Below, piece after piece: positions 20,017-29,968 of a stretch of 64,000 bases of DNA. How positions within the stretch are numbered: the first letter of the stretch is position 1; each line of letters opens with the position of its first letter. The notes under the pieces were generated by a model. The model saw only the letters and a list, made by a program, of their open reading frames with translations, made no database searches and was not told where the DNA came from. The stretch is from Minisyncoccota bacterium (lineage in GTDB: Bacteria; Patescibacteriota; Minisyncoccia; Phycocordibacterales; JABMNX01). The stretch is from positions 462,277 through 526,276 of the forward strand of contig OZ244961.1 of assembly GCA_965222715.1 (NCBI GenBank), written 5' to 3'. A program made the translations under genes and the position numbers.

Positions 20017-20897
20017 CGCTTAGCCCACTCTTCTTTTGATAAAAGTTTTATACGAAGAGTAGCAGTTGGTTTTTCTGTAAGCACACGAACTACATCCGCT
20101 ACTATTTTTTCTGGTGAAGTAATATGAGCGCCCGCCTCTTTTGCGACACCAACGTCATATGAGACAACCGGCACACCTGACGCAAGTGCCTCAATGATAC
20201 TGACACCAAAACTTTCGTATGGAGAAGTACTTAATACCACATTAGTCATTGATAAATGTGGGAGTGGGTCATCCCACCCGTGAAATGTGACCGGTAGATT
20301 TTTTGCCGCTTTCTTGAGGTCTTCCCTCATACTTCCATCACCAAGCATAGTGAGTTCTGCATTAATACCAGCATCTCTAACCTTCTTAAGTACTGAGAGT
20401 GCTTCAAGAGGGTTCTTCTCTTTTTCAAATCGACCGATCCAAAGTATGCGAGCGTCAGTATGCGCTTTTCGTTTAATATTTCTAAAGCGATCAAGATTAA
20501 CAAATACTGGGAGTATTGAGATTTTTGAATTACTATACTTTATTACCTCTTTCTGTATACGCTCTGATACAACTCGTATACTATGAGCTCTTTTGAGTAC
20601 AAAGTGGGCGCAGGTTCGGCGCAGTACCTTTTGTGTGTGCAAAAGAGTGTGCACCTGCACATTAAGCTTACTGCCCTTTCTCCAAGCAATATAAAGAGCA
20701 AAGAGACCTCGCCAAAATGGATCTTGCACTGTCACTACATCAAAATCTCCTCCTGGTATTTCTGGAAATACACTTCCTTTTCCCCAAAAGACTACCTCAA
20801 GTCTATCTACTGCATTTTTTTGTAAGATAAAACGCTGATAGGCTTCTGTGCCTTCAGAAAAGATATTTGTATCACCAGTAATCATTAAAACATTCAT
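19998..20897 (-). CDS. Glycosyltransferase family 4
   Basis: ESFGVSIIEALASGVPVV motif. Confidence 0.6.
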   Translation of the reverse strand: MNVLMITGDTNIFSEGTEAYQRFILQKNAVDRLEVVFWGKGSVFPEIPGGDFDVVTVQDPFWRGLFALYIAWRKGSKLNVQVHTLLHTQKVLRRTCAHFVLKRAHSIRVVSERIQKEVIKYSNSKISILPVFVNLDRFRNIKRKAHTDARILWIGRFEKEKNPLEALSVLKKVRDAGINAELTMLGDGSMREDLKKAAKNLPVTFHGWDDPLPHLSMTNVVLSTSPYESFGVSIIEALASGVPVVSYDVGVAKEAGAHITSPEKIVADVVRVLTEKPTATLRIKLLSKEEWAKRWQESL

Positions 20898-22006
20898 ATC
20901 TTCAACGTGGTAACAAACTTTTTAACCATATTTTCAGGGGTATGTTGGGCTAATCGCTCTTTACCATTACGCACAAGTCGAGTTGCTAACGACTCATTGT
21001 CGAGAATTTGACTCACTGCCCTAAATAATTCTTTCTTATTATTATATTTCACCAAAAGTCCATTTTTTTCATCAGTGATTAATTCAGGGTTCCCACCCAC
21101 GTTTGTTGTCACAATTGGTGTACCAATCCCCATAACTTCCAGTAGTTGATGCGAAAAACCTTCATAATTTGTATTTAAGACAAACACATCGGCCATGCGG
21201 ATGTATTTAAAGAGGACTGCTTGCTCGAGTGAGCCAGTGAGTGCAACATGTTCGTGAAGTTTTTTCTTCTCGACCATCTTTTCAAGGCGACTCATATCAG
21301 GACCATCGCCTGCAATCAAGAGTTTAAATGATGGGTACTTCTTAATAAATTCAGGGACTAGTGAAATAAGGGTATCAAACCCTTTCCAGGGCACTAATCG
21401 ACCTGCACTCACCACAATCTTCCCATTAAATTTGAGCATTCTGCGAAAATCTGCTTTTCGTCCTTGAAACGGAATCTCTTCTGGAACTGAGTGGATAACA
21501 ATTATCTTTTTTACATCAGTCACCCCCCAATTTTTGATCACACCTTTAAAATATTCACTCGGTACAATAATTTTCTCTGCATACTCTGCAATAGTTTTTT
21601 GTATTTTTTTAAGTATAAGTACCGGTACTAAATATTCATCCCCTTTCTTTGAAAACACATCAAGGTGATCAGTTACTTTAAAACGCTGTGTTCCCTGCTC
21701 CCACGCATAATCCCCCGCGATACGTACAAAAAATCGCTTGGAGCGCATTTTTGCAACAAGCGCAGCAGGAACGCCAACACTCACTGGGTCAAGCGCATAA
21801 ACAAGGTCAGCAACCTGAGCTTTTTTGTACAGCTGAAAGGTATATACCAGATGCCGAATTCCCCACGGAAGATGGGAAACTGAGTTAAACGGCGCCACCG
21901 ATACTGAAATCTGGTGTTTAGGGAGATGCTCTTCGAGCATCTTAACGTATGTCGCCGGACCCCCTATTTGAGGTGCATATGCCCCTGTTGCGATAAGTAT
22001 GTGCAT
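20894..22006 (-). CDS. Glycosyltransferase family 4
   Basis: EGFSHQLLEVMGIGTPIVTTNVGGNPE motif. N-terminal MHILIATGAYAPQIGG. Confidence 0.65.
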   Translation of the reverse strand: MHILIATGAYAPQIGGPATYVKMLEEHLPKHQISVSVAPFNSVSHLPWGIRHLVYTFQLYKKAQVADLVYALDPVSVGVPAALVAKMRSKRFFVRIAGDYAWEQGTQRFKVTDHLDVFSKKGDEYLVPVLILKKIQKTIAEYAEKIIVPSEYFKGVIKNWGVTDVKKIIVIHSVPEEIPFQGRKADFRRMLKFNGKIVVSAGRLVPWKGFDTLISLVPEFIKKYPSFKLLIAGDGPDMSRLEKMVEKKKLHEHVALTGSLEQAVLFKYIRMADVFVLNTNYEGFSHQLLEVMGIGTPIVTTNVGGNPELITDEKNGLLVKYNNKKELFRAVSQILDNESLATRLVRNGKERLAQHTPENMVKKFVTTLKI

Positions 22007-22181
22007 TGTTAGCTACAATTTAGTAACTTTTCTACTGCTACCTCCTTTCTACAGAGAAAGTTATATTGCCTTATTGTAGCAGATTGCTTAGTAGCCAGCG
22101 AACGCACAATTAGCAGTTTATTTTGGTCACTTTTTTGCTTATTTTAAGGTAGTACATGGTACACTACTGTATACATCCGTT

Positions 22182-22730
22182 ATGAAAATTCTCGTACTCA
22201 CACCACTTTTCCCGCCAGATATTGGAGGCTCAGCGCCATATATAAAAGAATTGGTGACCCGTCTCTCAAACAGGAAATATTCGGTTACTGTTCTCGCCTA
22301 TGGATGTCTCCCCGAAGACGTTCCTGGAGTGATGTTTAGATGTGTTAATAAAAAAATTCCTACGTTCTTGAGAATATTCCTGTTTAGTATGAAAACATTT
22401 CGTGAGGCACGAAAACATGATTTCATATATGCAGAAAACGGACCTTCGGTAGAATTACCCCTACGACTATTGAAGTTTTTTCTAAAAACACCACTAGTTT
22501 TTCACATAGGAGACCACCCTGCATATACATACGGACAAACAAAACCATTTCTAAATAAAAATCAAAAGGTGGTAGAGAGGTATGCACATACAGTCGTGGA
22601 AGAAACTCCGGAACCACGTCCAGAAATACTTCCACATAAAAAGTACCCGACAGATTTGTTTAAAGCGTATGAGAAAAGCTGGGACACGCATTTAGAAAAA
22701 CTTGAGCATATATTTCATTATGTCAGATAA
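22182..22730 (+). CDS. GT4 N-terminal domain only (truncated glycosyltransferase fragment)
   Basis: MKILVLTPLFPPDIGGSAPYIKELV matches the Glyco_trans_4 N-terminal domain. No C-terminal GT1 domain. Overlaps the next gene by 29 nt in another frame. Confidence 0.4.
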   Translation: MKILVLTPLFPPDIGGSAPYIKELVTRLSNRKYSVTVLAYGCLPEDVPGVMFRCVNKKIPTFLRIFLFSMKTFREARKHDFIYAENGPSVELPLRLLKFFLKTPLVFHIGDHPAYTYGQTKPFLNKNQKVVERYAHTVVEETPEPRPEILPHKKYPTDLFKAYEKSWDTHLEKLEHIFHYVR

Positions 22731-23826
22731 TTACGAAATACAGTGGAGGGAGTACTGTACTAAGGAATTACAACGTATAACCCCCATACTAAAAAGCTTG
22801 GGTTTTGAACTTGAAGATACACAAACCCACCTCGGAGGTGAACGCTACCTTATGCAATCCGTAACGACAACTAGTGGCAAGAAGCTTATCCTAGTTGGTC
22901 GAAAGGTAAACACTCGCAAAAGAGTAATTATAAAAGCAACGTCTGATGTAGAAGGAAAGAAAGAAATAGAGCACGAACGAACGAGCCGCTCAGCACTTCA
23001 AAAACTTAACTTTGCGTATGACGTTTTTTTTGCCCCACAGGAAATACTTTTTACAGAAAAAGATGGGTTTACTATTTCTATCCAAGAATTTCTAGAGCAA
23101 GAATGTCAATTCTTGGATAGACCGATCGATGAGCAATTCACCTTTGCATTGAAAGCGTTTAAAGCTCAAGAGAGCGCTCACGCTACTACGAATTCACATA
23201 TACAGTTCATTAAAAAATATTTTGACAGTAAGGGTGCTCGTGAATATACACAGCTTTTTACTACTTTTTCTCATTCTATAGAAACATATTACAAAGAAGA
23301 CCCCGAGAAAATAGAGCTTATTGAACGAGCAGTAAAGTTGCTAAAAGATAACAAAAAAACAATTGAACAATATTCTGGATTTCTTACACACACTGATTTT
23401 GTACCTCACAATTTTCGCATAGTAAATCGTGTAATGTATCTTCTCGATTATTCGTCGGTGCGTTTTGGAAACAAGCACGAAGGGTGGGCACGATTTATAA
23501 ACTTTATGGAACTTTATAATAGAGAACTCGCACAGATAGTTGTAGAGTATGTTGAGAAAAACCGTTCAAAAGAAGAGGTTCTTTCATTAAAACTTATGCG
23601 AATGTACCGACTAGGAGAAATTATTCACTACTACATTTCAGTACTTCCCAAGAGTAGCGGTAACGTGCTAACCCTTAACACAGAAAGAGTCCGTTTGTGG
23701 ACGTACGTACTTGAGAGTGTACTTGCTGACAAAGCTCCCTCACAAGAAATAATAGATCAGTATAAAAAAACACGAGACTCTCTACGAAGTGCCGAAGAGA
23801 AACTACGACAAAAAGGACTTCATTAG
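22702..23826 (+). CDS. Protein-kinase-like phosphotransferase (APH/ChoK fold)
   Basis: HTDFVPHNFRIVN (HxDxxxxN catalytic loop) followed by LLDYSSVRFGN (D-containing activation motif). Confidence 0.4.
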   Translation: MSIYFIMSDNYEIQWREYCTKELQRITPILKSLGFELEDTQTHLGGERYLMQSVTTTSGKKLILVGRKVNTRKRVIIKATSDVEGKKEIEHERTSRSALQKLNFAYDVFFAPQEILFTEKDGFTISIQEFLEQECQFLDRPIDEQFTFALKAFKAQESAHATTNSHIQFIKKYFDSKGAREYTQLFTTFSHSIETYYKEDPEKIELIERAVKLLKDNKKTIEQYSGFLTHTDFVPHNFRIVNRVMYLLDYSSVRFGNKHEGWARFINFMELYNRELAQIVVEYVEKNRSKEEVLSLKLMRMYRLGEIIHYYISVLPKSSGNVLTLNTERVRLWTYVLESVLADKAPSQEIIDQYKKTRDSLRSAEEKLRQKGLH

Positions 23827-23833
23827 CAGTATA

Positions 23834-24517
23834 TTAATTTTCTTCGTATTTTTGAATTAAATCTTCCCACTCTTTTAAAAAGACATCTTGTCGATCTGTC
23901 TTTAAGATATCCATCGCACGACGAGCAAGAATATGGTTATTATTCTTTGGCCTATCACCGCGATGTGGCTTTTCAAAAATAACAACGTCTTCCATTGTTG
24001 TATCATCAAATAATGTACTCGAGGGCAATATACTTATCGTGTGCCGAAATACTGCATATTTATCATTAGACGTGATACAAGATAATACTGTTCTAATACT
24101 ACGTGGTGCGTGAGACGCAACCGCAATAAGTTTTACATTAAAAATATCTTTATCGAGACATTTATCTAGGAAAGTTGGGACTTCTTGTCGTGTATTCTGT
24201 GTTTCGGTATCAATATAGGAACGATCATTAAGGAATGTTTTTAATTCTTCTGGTGGACATTCACAAATTTTTGCCAAATCATCAATATGCTCTAGAGCAT
24301 ATTTATATGTATACTCAGATTCTTTAAGTCCATCCTTCTTAGATGCACCAGTACCCCAGAAAATAAAATTTGCTTGAGATTCCCAAGCAGCTTCTATACC
24401 TCGCGGAATCGTACCCCAATCACCGTTCAGAGGATCGCCCCAAACAATTTTATTCCAATTACCAGCCTCTAGATGTAATCCGTGAATGAGTACTGCAGTT
24501 TTGTCTTTTATATTCAT
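23834..24517 (-). CDS. Hypothetical protein
   Basis: 227 aa. Begins ...TAVLIHGLHLEAGNWNKIVWGDP. No confident family. Confidence 0.3.
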   Translation of the reverse strand: MNIKDKTAVLIHGLHLEAGNWNKIVWGDPLNGDWGTIPRGIEAAWESQANFIFWGTGASKKDGLKESEYTYKYALEHIDDLAKICECPPEELKTFLNDRSYIDTETQNTRQEVPTFLDKCLDKDIFNVKLIAVASHAPRSIRTVLSCITSNDKYAVFRHTISILPSSTLFDDTTMEDVVIFEKPHRGDRPKNNNHILARRAMDILKTDRQDVFLKEWEDLIQKYEEN

Positions 24518-24555
24518 TTTATTTAAAGTATTACGTTATCCTCTTTAATACAAGT

Positions 24556-26679
24556 TTAATTTTTCATTACTGACCCAAACACATCGTTTTTCATTGCTTT
24601 TGCAATTTTCTCCCAATTATACTCTTCTTCAATCATTTTTCGACCATTTCCCGATAACTCTCTTGCCTTTTCTGGTTGTTCTATAACACTTTCTACTGCT
24701 TTTGCGATTGCTTTTGGGTCCTCTTGCGGTACGATCCACGCCGTTTTACCGTCGATAGCATAATCTGCAATACCGCCAACCCCTGTTGTTACAAGTGGCA
24801 AGCGAGATGCAAGTGCTGAAACAAATGCATTACCCAGTCCTTCCGAACGTGACGGTGCAACAAATATGTCACATGCTTTTCGATACAAAGTCACTTCCAT
24901 TCGATCAACACGCCCAGTAAAAATAACTCGACCTCGCAATCTTAATTCACGCACTAAATCTCGTAATTTTGGCTCTTCTTCTCCATCACCAACAATAACA
25001 AGTTTAATATGATTGGGTAAATATTGAAGTGCTTTGATTGCAATGTCGAAGCCTTTTTGATGCTCGAGACGTGAAGTGTTGATTAAGAAAATTTCTCCTT
25101 CTTTTTTACCTAATTCTTTTTTAATATCATCAACTTCTGCTTGTGTGTAGGACTCATTGAAGTCATTTGGGTTAGCACCATTTTTAACCAACACAATCTT
25201 TCCTTTATACCCCATTGTACGTGCCCACGTACTTAAGTAATTTGAAATACTTTGTATAACTGTTGCTTTTGTAAACACCTTGGTAAAAACAGGCCACACT
25301 GGCTTCATTACCTTTTCAATGTGTTCCGTTGGGTCGCCCTCTTGTAGGGTTAAAATGTAAGGCGTACGCGGGAAAAGTATTTTAAATAAAACAGCTGGAA
25401 TACCTGCTGAATGTGCCATCATCGCCCAAATACCATCATATTTATAACGCATATTAAGTTGGATGGCTTTGAGCGTAGCGAGTATTTGAAATAAATACTT
25501 ATTACTACGTAATATCAGTTTATTTCCATAATCTTCAAATGTTGGGTTTTGTAAGCCAAATCCAATACGATGAACGAGTACATTCCCATATCGCTCTGTG
25601 CGAGGTATTTTTGAATTCCACAAACAAGTTACGAGATGGAATTCAATATCAGCTGGGTCAATCCTGTCAGTTATTTCTTTAATGGCGGGCTCTGCGCCAC
25701 CGTGAAAATTCGGGTAATACACGAGTGAAAATGCTAAGACACGTTTTTTTGGTTTTAACTTAGAAAAGTCATACTGCTCTCCCGAACGCATACCACTTTC
25801 TGTTTCTTTTATATTTTGAATATATTCTTTAAGTGTGTGTTTTTGTTCCCACCCCAATGCCTTCAGTTTTGAAGTATCAACTGCTTCTGAAGAACGAGTT
25901 GATTTTGTTGCCATTGAGTATTGAATATGACCTCCAAACATACGCGCAACATCAAGTAAACTGTACGATTCTCTTGCACAAATGCCGTATTCGTCTCCCG
26001 AACCTTTTTCACTTGCAAGAAAAATCCCTTCCACTGTATCAAGTACATGTGTAAAGGCACGCTTTTGATTCCCTGCGCCAGAAATACGATGCGGTTCATT
26101 ATGTAGCCAGTTTTGATGCAAAATCTCAATAAAAGTCCCGTATCGATCCCCTCGTTCACGAGGTCCATATACATTATAAAAATAGACAGTCGCATACTGT
26201 AGTTCATACCAAAAAGCATACTGATTTACTAAATCACTCATCGATGCCTTTGACCAAGTGTACGGTGCCAAATTTTTCCCTTCAACTCCATCTAAAATAC
26301 GGTGCGCAAACTTAGTTGATGATCCTGCATATACAAGCTTACAACGTCTATCACGCCAAAATTCCAACACGGCAAGTGTTCCTTCTAGATTTAACTCGAA
26401 TGTCACAGATGGTTCTGCTAGCGAATGTCGCACTCGTGAGTACTCACCTAAGTGGTAAACAATGTCAGGGTCTTCGGAAATGTGTTTTTGAATGTTTTTC
26501 GTGTGTCCCTCTCGGTATTCAACTCCCTCGACGTGATTATCTTTTGAGCCAGTGAAATAGTTATCAAGAGAAATGACTCGGTACCCTTCTTGTACTAATC
26601 GCTCACAGAGGTGTGAGCCAATAAAACCGGCGCCACCAGTGACTACTGCTAATTTTTTCTCAGTCATAATTACAGGCAT
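24556..26679 (-). CDS. Fusion protein: NAD-dependent sugar-nucleotide epimerase/dehydratase (extended SDR) + C-terminal GT4 glycosyltransferase
   Basis: N-terminus VVTGGAGFIGSHLCERL...LDNYFTG and a YxxxK (YTWSK) motif. C-terminal RSEGLGNAFVSALASRLPLVTTGVGGIADYA GT4 motif. 707 aa. Confidence 0.6.
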   Translation of the reverse strand: MPVIMTEKKLAVVTGGAGFIGSHLCERLVQEGYRVISLDNYFTGSKDNHVEGVEYREGHTKNIQKHISEDPDIVYHLGEYSRVRHSLAEPSVTFELNLEGTLAVLEFWRDRRCKLVYAGSSTKFAHRILDGVEGKNLAPYTWSKASMSDLVNQYAFWYELQYATVYFYNVYGPRERGDRYGTFIEILHQNWLHNEPHRISGAGNQKRAFTHVLDTVEGIFLASEKGSGDEYGICARESYSLLDVARMFGGHIQYSMATKSTRSSEAVDTSKLKALGWEQKHTLKEYIQNIKETESGMRSGEQYDFSKLKPKKRVLAFSLVYYPNFHGGAEPAIKEITDRIDPADIEFHLVTCLWNSKIPRTERYGNVLVHRIGFGLQNPTFEDYGNKLILRSNKYLFQILATLKAIQLNMRYKYDGIWAMMAHSAGIPAVLFKILFPRTPYILTLQEGDPTEHIEKVMKPVWPVFTKVFTKATVIQSISNYLSTWARTMGYKGKIVLVKNGANPNDFNESYTQAEVDDIKKELGKKEGEIFLINTSRLEHQKGFDIAIKALQYLPNHIKLVIVGDGEEEPKLRDLVRELRLRGRVIFTGRVDRMEVTLYRKACDIFVAPSRSEGLGNAFVSALASRLPLVTTGVGGIADYAIDGKTAWIVPQEDPKAIAKAVESVIEQPEKARELSGNGRKMIEEEYNWEKIAKAMKNDVFGSVMKN

Positions 26680-26713
26680 TCTACACTAAAATACATATAA
26701 AATCAGTGCTGTA

Positions 26714-28138
26714 TTATTCATCAATAATAGTAATTTCTTCTCGTCCGATACGTCTTAATATGAGCACACTACACACTCCAAAGAGAACTGTGCCACCAAG
26801 TAATAGAAACCATTGTATTCCAATTCCCGACGTATCGTTGGAAGCTTGGTACACATTTGCAACATTGTATGAGGTATCTTCTGGGTTTTCTTCTGGAGGC
26901 GTGATTGATTCCGCTATGTTATTTTCTTGAGTTGTTTCTTCTCTAACAACAGTCGTACCTACAATTGAACGAGATGGTGTTTGTACTCTAGGAGAGTCGT
27001 TGTGTTCTGTAAAAGCATTCAGCGACAGGTTTCTTGTTTCTCTTTCTTGAAAAGCTCTAACCAGAGAACCGTTTGGATATAGGAAGGTAACTTCCTCAAC
27101 ATGTTGCGGGGTAAGTCCCGTTACCGTAGCTGGAAAGACGACTGACCGCTTTGGCAACATTCGTGTACCTTGAGGAAGGTAAAATACAGTATTATGAGCC
27201 ATAAGCATCCAATGCGAAATATCGAGCACACGGTCACTCTCATTTCTCAGTGTAATACTTTGAGGAGACGCATCTGCCACAAACACGTCTGCGGGTTTTG
27301 CCGTTACCACAATATAATCAGAAGCAGAGTATTTACCTGAAGAGACGGTGAGGACCACTACGTACTCCCCTGGATACTCATAGTGATGCAAGACCACTTC
27401 TCCGTCCTTGTGACTTCCATCACCAAACGCCCATAAGTATCGAGCTTGCTCCAACGGCTCATTTTGAAGACCAAACCCTATTCCTTTAAACTCACTATCG
27501 GCACCAACGGTTACTACCCGATCTTCTCCTGCATACGCCCTAATACTACCGGTATCTTCAATAAATACAGACGAACTGGGTGATGAGCTTTGAGGGCTGC
27601 TACTTTCCCCTTCTTCGCTACTACCTATTAGATTTATACTTCCTGTTCCTGGTGTTGGTGTTTCTGCTATCCACGTATTTCCATCATACTGAAGTGACAT
27701 CCCGTCTCCAGCAGCACCCCACTCAGAAAGATATGAAACGGTATCTCGATCAATTAATTCAGCGTCTCTTAAAACGAGAGTTTCTCCTGTATTTTTTAAT
27801 GAAAAAGAACTATCGACAAGTACTCCATTATAAGAAGGGTTATCAGCAAGAAAAACATCAGTGTTATCAGCAATAACAGCGTATGAACCAGGTGAGAGCG
27901 TGTCGCTTCCTGAAACTACCGAAAGACCATGGTTTACCCCACTTTCAAAAAATTTCCATTCGGTAAGTAGAATATTTTCAGTGCCCTTGTTAAATACTTC
28001 AATCCACTCTCTATCGGTGTCAGAACCTTCAAGGTCATACACTATCTCACTGAAAATAAGTTGTGCTTCAACGATAAGGGGTATACAAAACACACAAAGT
28101 GAAATACCAAGTGCGTATGTATGCTTATTACTTATCAT
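26714..28138 (-). CDS. Membrane-anchored protein with lamin tail domain(s) (LTD)
   Basis: N-terminal signal/TM. LIFSEIVYDLEGSDTDREWIEVFNKGTENILLTEWKF matches the LTD signature. A second LTD-like block (ITLRNESDRVLDISHWML) follows. C-terminal TM anchor. Confidence 0.5.
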   Translation of the reverse strand: MISNKHTYALGISLCVFCIPLIVEAQLIFSEIVYDLEGSDTDREWIEVFNKGTENILLTEWKFFESGVNHGLSVVSGSDTLSPGSYAVIADNTDVFLADNPSYNGVLVDSSFSLKNTGETLVLRDAELIDRDTVSYLSEWGAAGDGMSLQYDGNTWIAETPTPGTGSINLIGSSEEGESSSPQSSSPSSSVFIEDTGSIRAYAGEDRVVTVGADSEFKGIGFGLQNEPLEQARYLWAFGDGSHKDGEVVLHHYEYPGEYVVVLTVSSGKYSASDYIVVTAKPADVFVADASPQSITLRNESDRVLDISHWMLMAHNTVFYLPQGTRMLPKRSVVFPATVTGLTPQHVEEVTFLYPNGSLVRAFQERETRNLSLNAFTEHNDSPRVQTPSRSIVGTTVVREETTQENNIAESITPPEENPEDTSYNVANVYQASNDTSGIGIQWFLLLGGTVLFGVCSVLILRRIGREEITIIDE

Positions 28139-29873
28139 CCTTTAAAATATTTTCAAGGACCTCTCGTGGCACCTCATTAGGTATGTGTTGAGAATTTTCT
28201 TGCTGTGCGCTCTGCTGTTCTACAGTTTTTCCTCTACCCTTATTTTTCTTTGCAGTATCTTCTTTCGTATCAACTTTTTTTTGAGTAGTACCATTTTGAA
28301 TTGAAGCAAGCGCTTCTCTTAGTGCATCACGCTGTTTTGGTGATGGACCCTTATCATCACCGTTAGTGCGCATCTTTAAGGTATTAAGTGATACCGTTCT
28401 CTTTTCTCTTTTATGTTGCTGTTTTTGTTGTTTCTCTTCCTTTCCACGAGACTCTAGATGAGAAGCGGTATTTCCATGATTGGTACCATGCCCACTACTT
28501 TTATCTTGTGATGGTGCTGTTTTTCTTTGTTGTTTTTGCCCCTGCTGCTTCTGTTGTTGTTCTTTTTTCTGCTGTGCTTGGGGACTATCAAGTATGCCAC
28601 GATCAGCAATAGACTTCTCAACAGCATCTCGAGGGCGACCATATTTCTCACGTGAAGTCTTTAAAATTTCATCTCGAAAACTTATTTCTGGTTCTTTTAT
28701 GGGTGGTAATGTGGTTGCTGAGAATGGAGGTGAGCCAACACCATCAATCATGAGGGTGAGGTAAATTTGGGCGAACCCAAGGTTCACCAAATCTTCTGCA
28801 AAAAACTTTGGTTTAAAGACGGTTTCGAGTACCTCAGCATCAAAGGGGCCCACTCGAAAGGCAATAGTACTACCCACGTTACCAAAAACTGCATTACGTA
28901 CATTTTCTTCCATCTGCTCAACATACTGATGCGCAATGGTGAGCGCTAACTTATACTTTCTTGCCTCAGAGAGAATGTCAGCGAACGAGTCGTTTGCGAT
29001 TGACTGGAATTCATCAACATAGAAATAAAACGGTGGGAGCTTTGCTTGTGTTGCACTTGGTTCATCTGCTCGAGACATTGCAGAGAGATAGATTTTGGTC
29101 GTGAGCATACTTCCAATAAGGTCCGCGTTGGTTTCTCCCATACGCCCCTTTGAGAGGTTCGCAATAAAAATTTTCTTACTATCCATCACCTCCCTAATAT
29201 CAAAACTTGATCTTTGTTGCCCAACAATATTTCGAATCAATGGGTTTGAAGTAAACTGACCGACCTTGTTTTGAATCGCCGGTGTTGCTTCTTGTGTATA
29301 GCGATCGGTATAGTTTGCAAACTCATCAACCCAGAATGATTTCACGATCGGGTCAGTAACATGCTCGACAACCTTCTTTCGAAAACTTTTATTAACTAGC
29401 ATGCGATTCACATCAAGAAGTGTTGAATCGGGATATTCAAGAAGTGCGAGTAGTACATTACTCAAAATGTACTCCATACGTGCTGACCACGCATCTTTCC
29501 AAATCTTATTAAATGCACTCATCAACCCAGAGACCACAAGGTGCCGCTTGTCGTACCCCACATCTTCCATTACGTTAAACGCAACTGGAGTATCCATATC
29601 AAAGGGAGCAAAATAGATGACATCCTCAATGCGATGCTCTGGCACATAATCAAGGAGTTTCTCAGCAGTTGAGCCGTGGGGGTCAATAAATCCGAGGCCG
29701 TTTCCATGCTGGATATCCTGAATGGCCATATTCTCAAGCAAGGTCGACTTACCCATACCGGTCTTACCGATAATGTACATGTGCTTTGAGCGGTCGATTG
29801 CTTTGATGCCAAATGCTCGTTGCTGCCCACGGGCATCAGTTGCACCAATATAGGTTACTTTCTCAAGATCCAT
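28128..29873 (-). CDS. VirD4/TraD/TraG-like (T4SS coupling protein / HerA-FtsK superfamily) P-loop ATPase with low-complexity Lys/Gln-rich C-terminal tail
   Basis: Walker A IIGKTGMGKSTLLENM. Walker-B-like FYFYVDEFQ. C-terminal ~130 aa are KQE-rich. Confidence 0.5.
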   Translation of the reverse strand: MDLEKVTYIGATDARGQQRAFGIKAIDRSKHMYIIGKTGMGKSTLLENMAIQDIQHGNGLGFIDPHGSTAEKLLDYVPEHRIEDVIYFAPFDMDTPVAFNVMEDVGYDKRHLVVSGLMSAFNKIWKDAWSARMEYILSNVLLALLEYPDSTLLDVNRMLVNKSFRKKVVEHVTDPIVKSFWVDEFANYTDRYTQEATPAIQNKVGQFTSNPLIRNIVGQQRSSFDIREVMDSKKIFIANLSKGRMGETNADLIGSMLTTKIYLSAMSRADEPSATQAKLPPFYFYVDEFQSIANDSFADILSEARKYKLALTIAHQYVEQMEENVRNAVFGNVGSTIAFRVGPFDAEVLETVFKPKFFAEDLVNLGFAQIYLTLMIDGVGSPPFSATTLPPIKEPEISFRDEILKTSREKYGRPRDAVEKSIADRGILDSPQAQQKKEQQQKQQGQKQQRKTAPSQDKSSGHGTNHGNTASHLESRGKEEKQQKQQHKREKRTVSLNTLKMRTNGDDKGPSPKQRDALREALASIQNGTTQKKVDTKEDTAKKNKGRGKTVEQQSAQQENSQHIPNEVPREVLENILKDDK

Positions 29874-29929
29874 AGTTAGTAGTAAGTATAGTATGAAATA
29901 TCATCACAAAAAAGAGTGTGTTTGAGTAG

Positions 29930-29968
29930 AAAGGCGCGTCCGGGTAATGGAAACGAACGCGCCTTTTG
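29930..29968. terminator. Hairpin AGGCGCG-(N21)-CGCGCCT followed by a T-run
   Basis: Inverted repeat seen downstream of the 30163-31491 gene. Confidence 0.35.

Noticed and set aside
28388-28764. Cys-rich and His-rich small ORFs antisense to the VirD4-like gene tail
   Set aside because: They arise from the repetitive CAG/CTT-rich sequence encoding the K/Q tail. No independent support.
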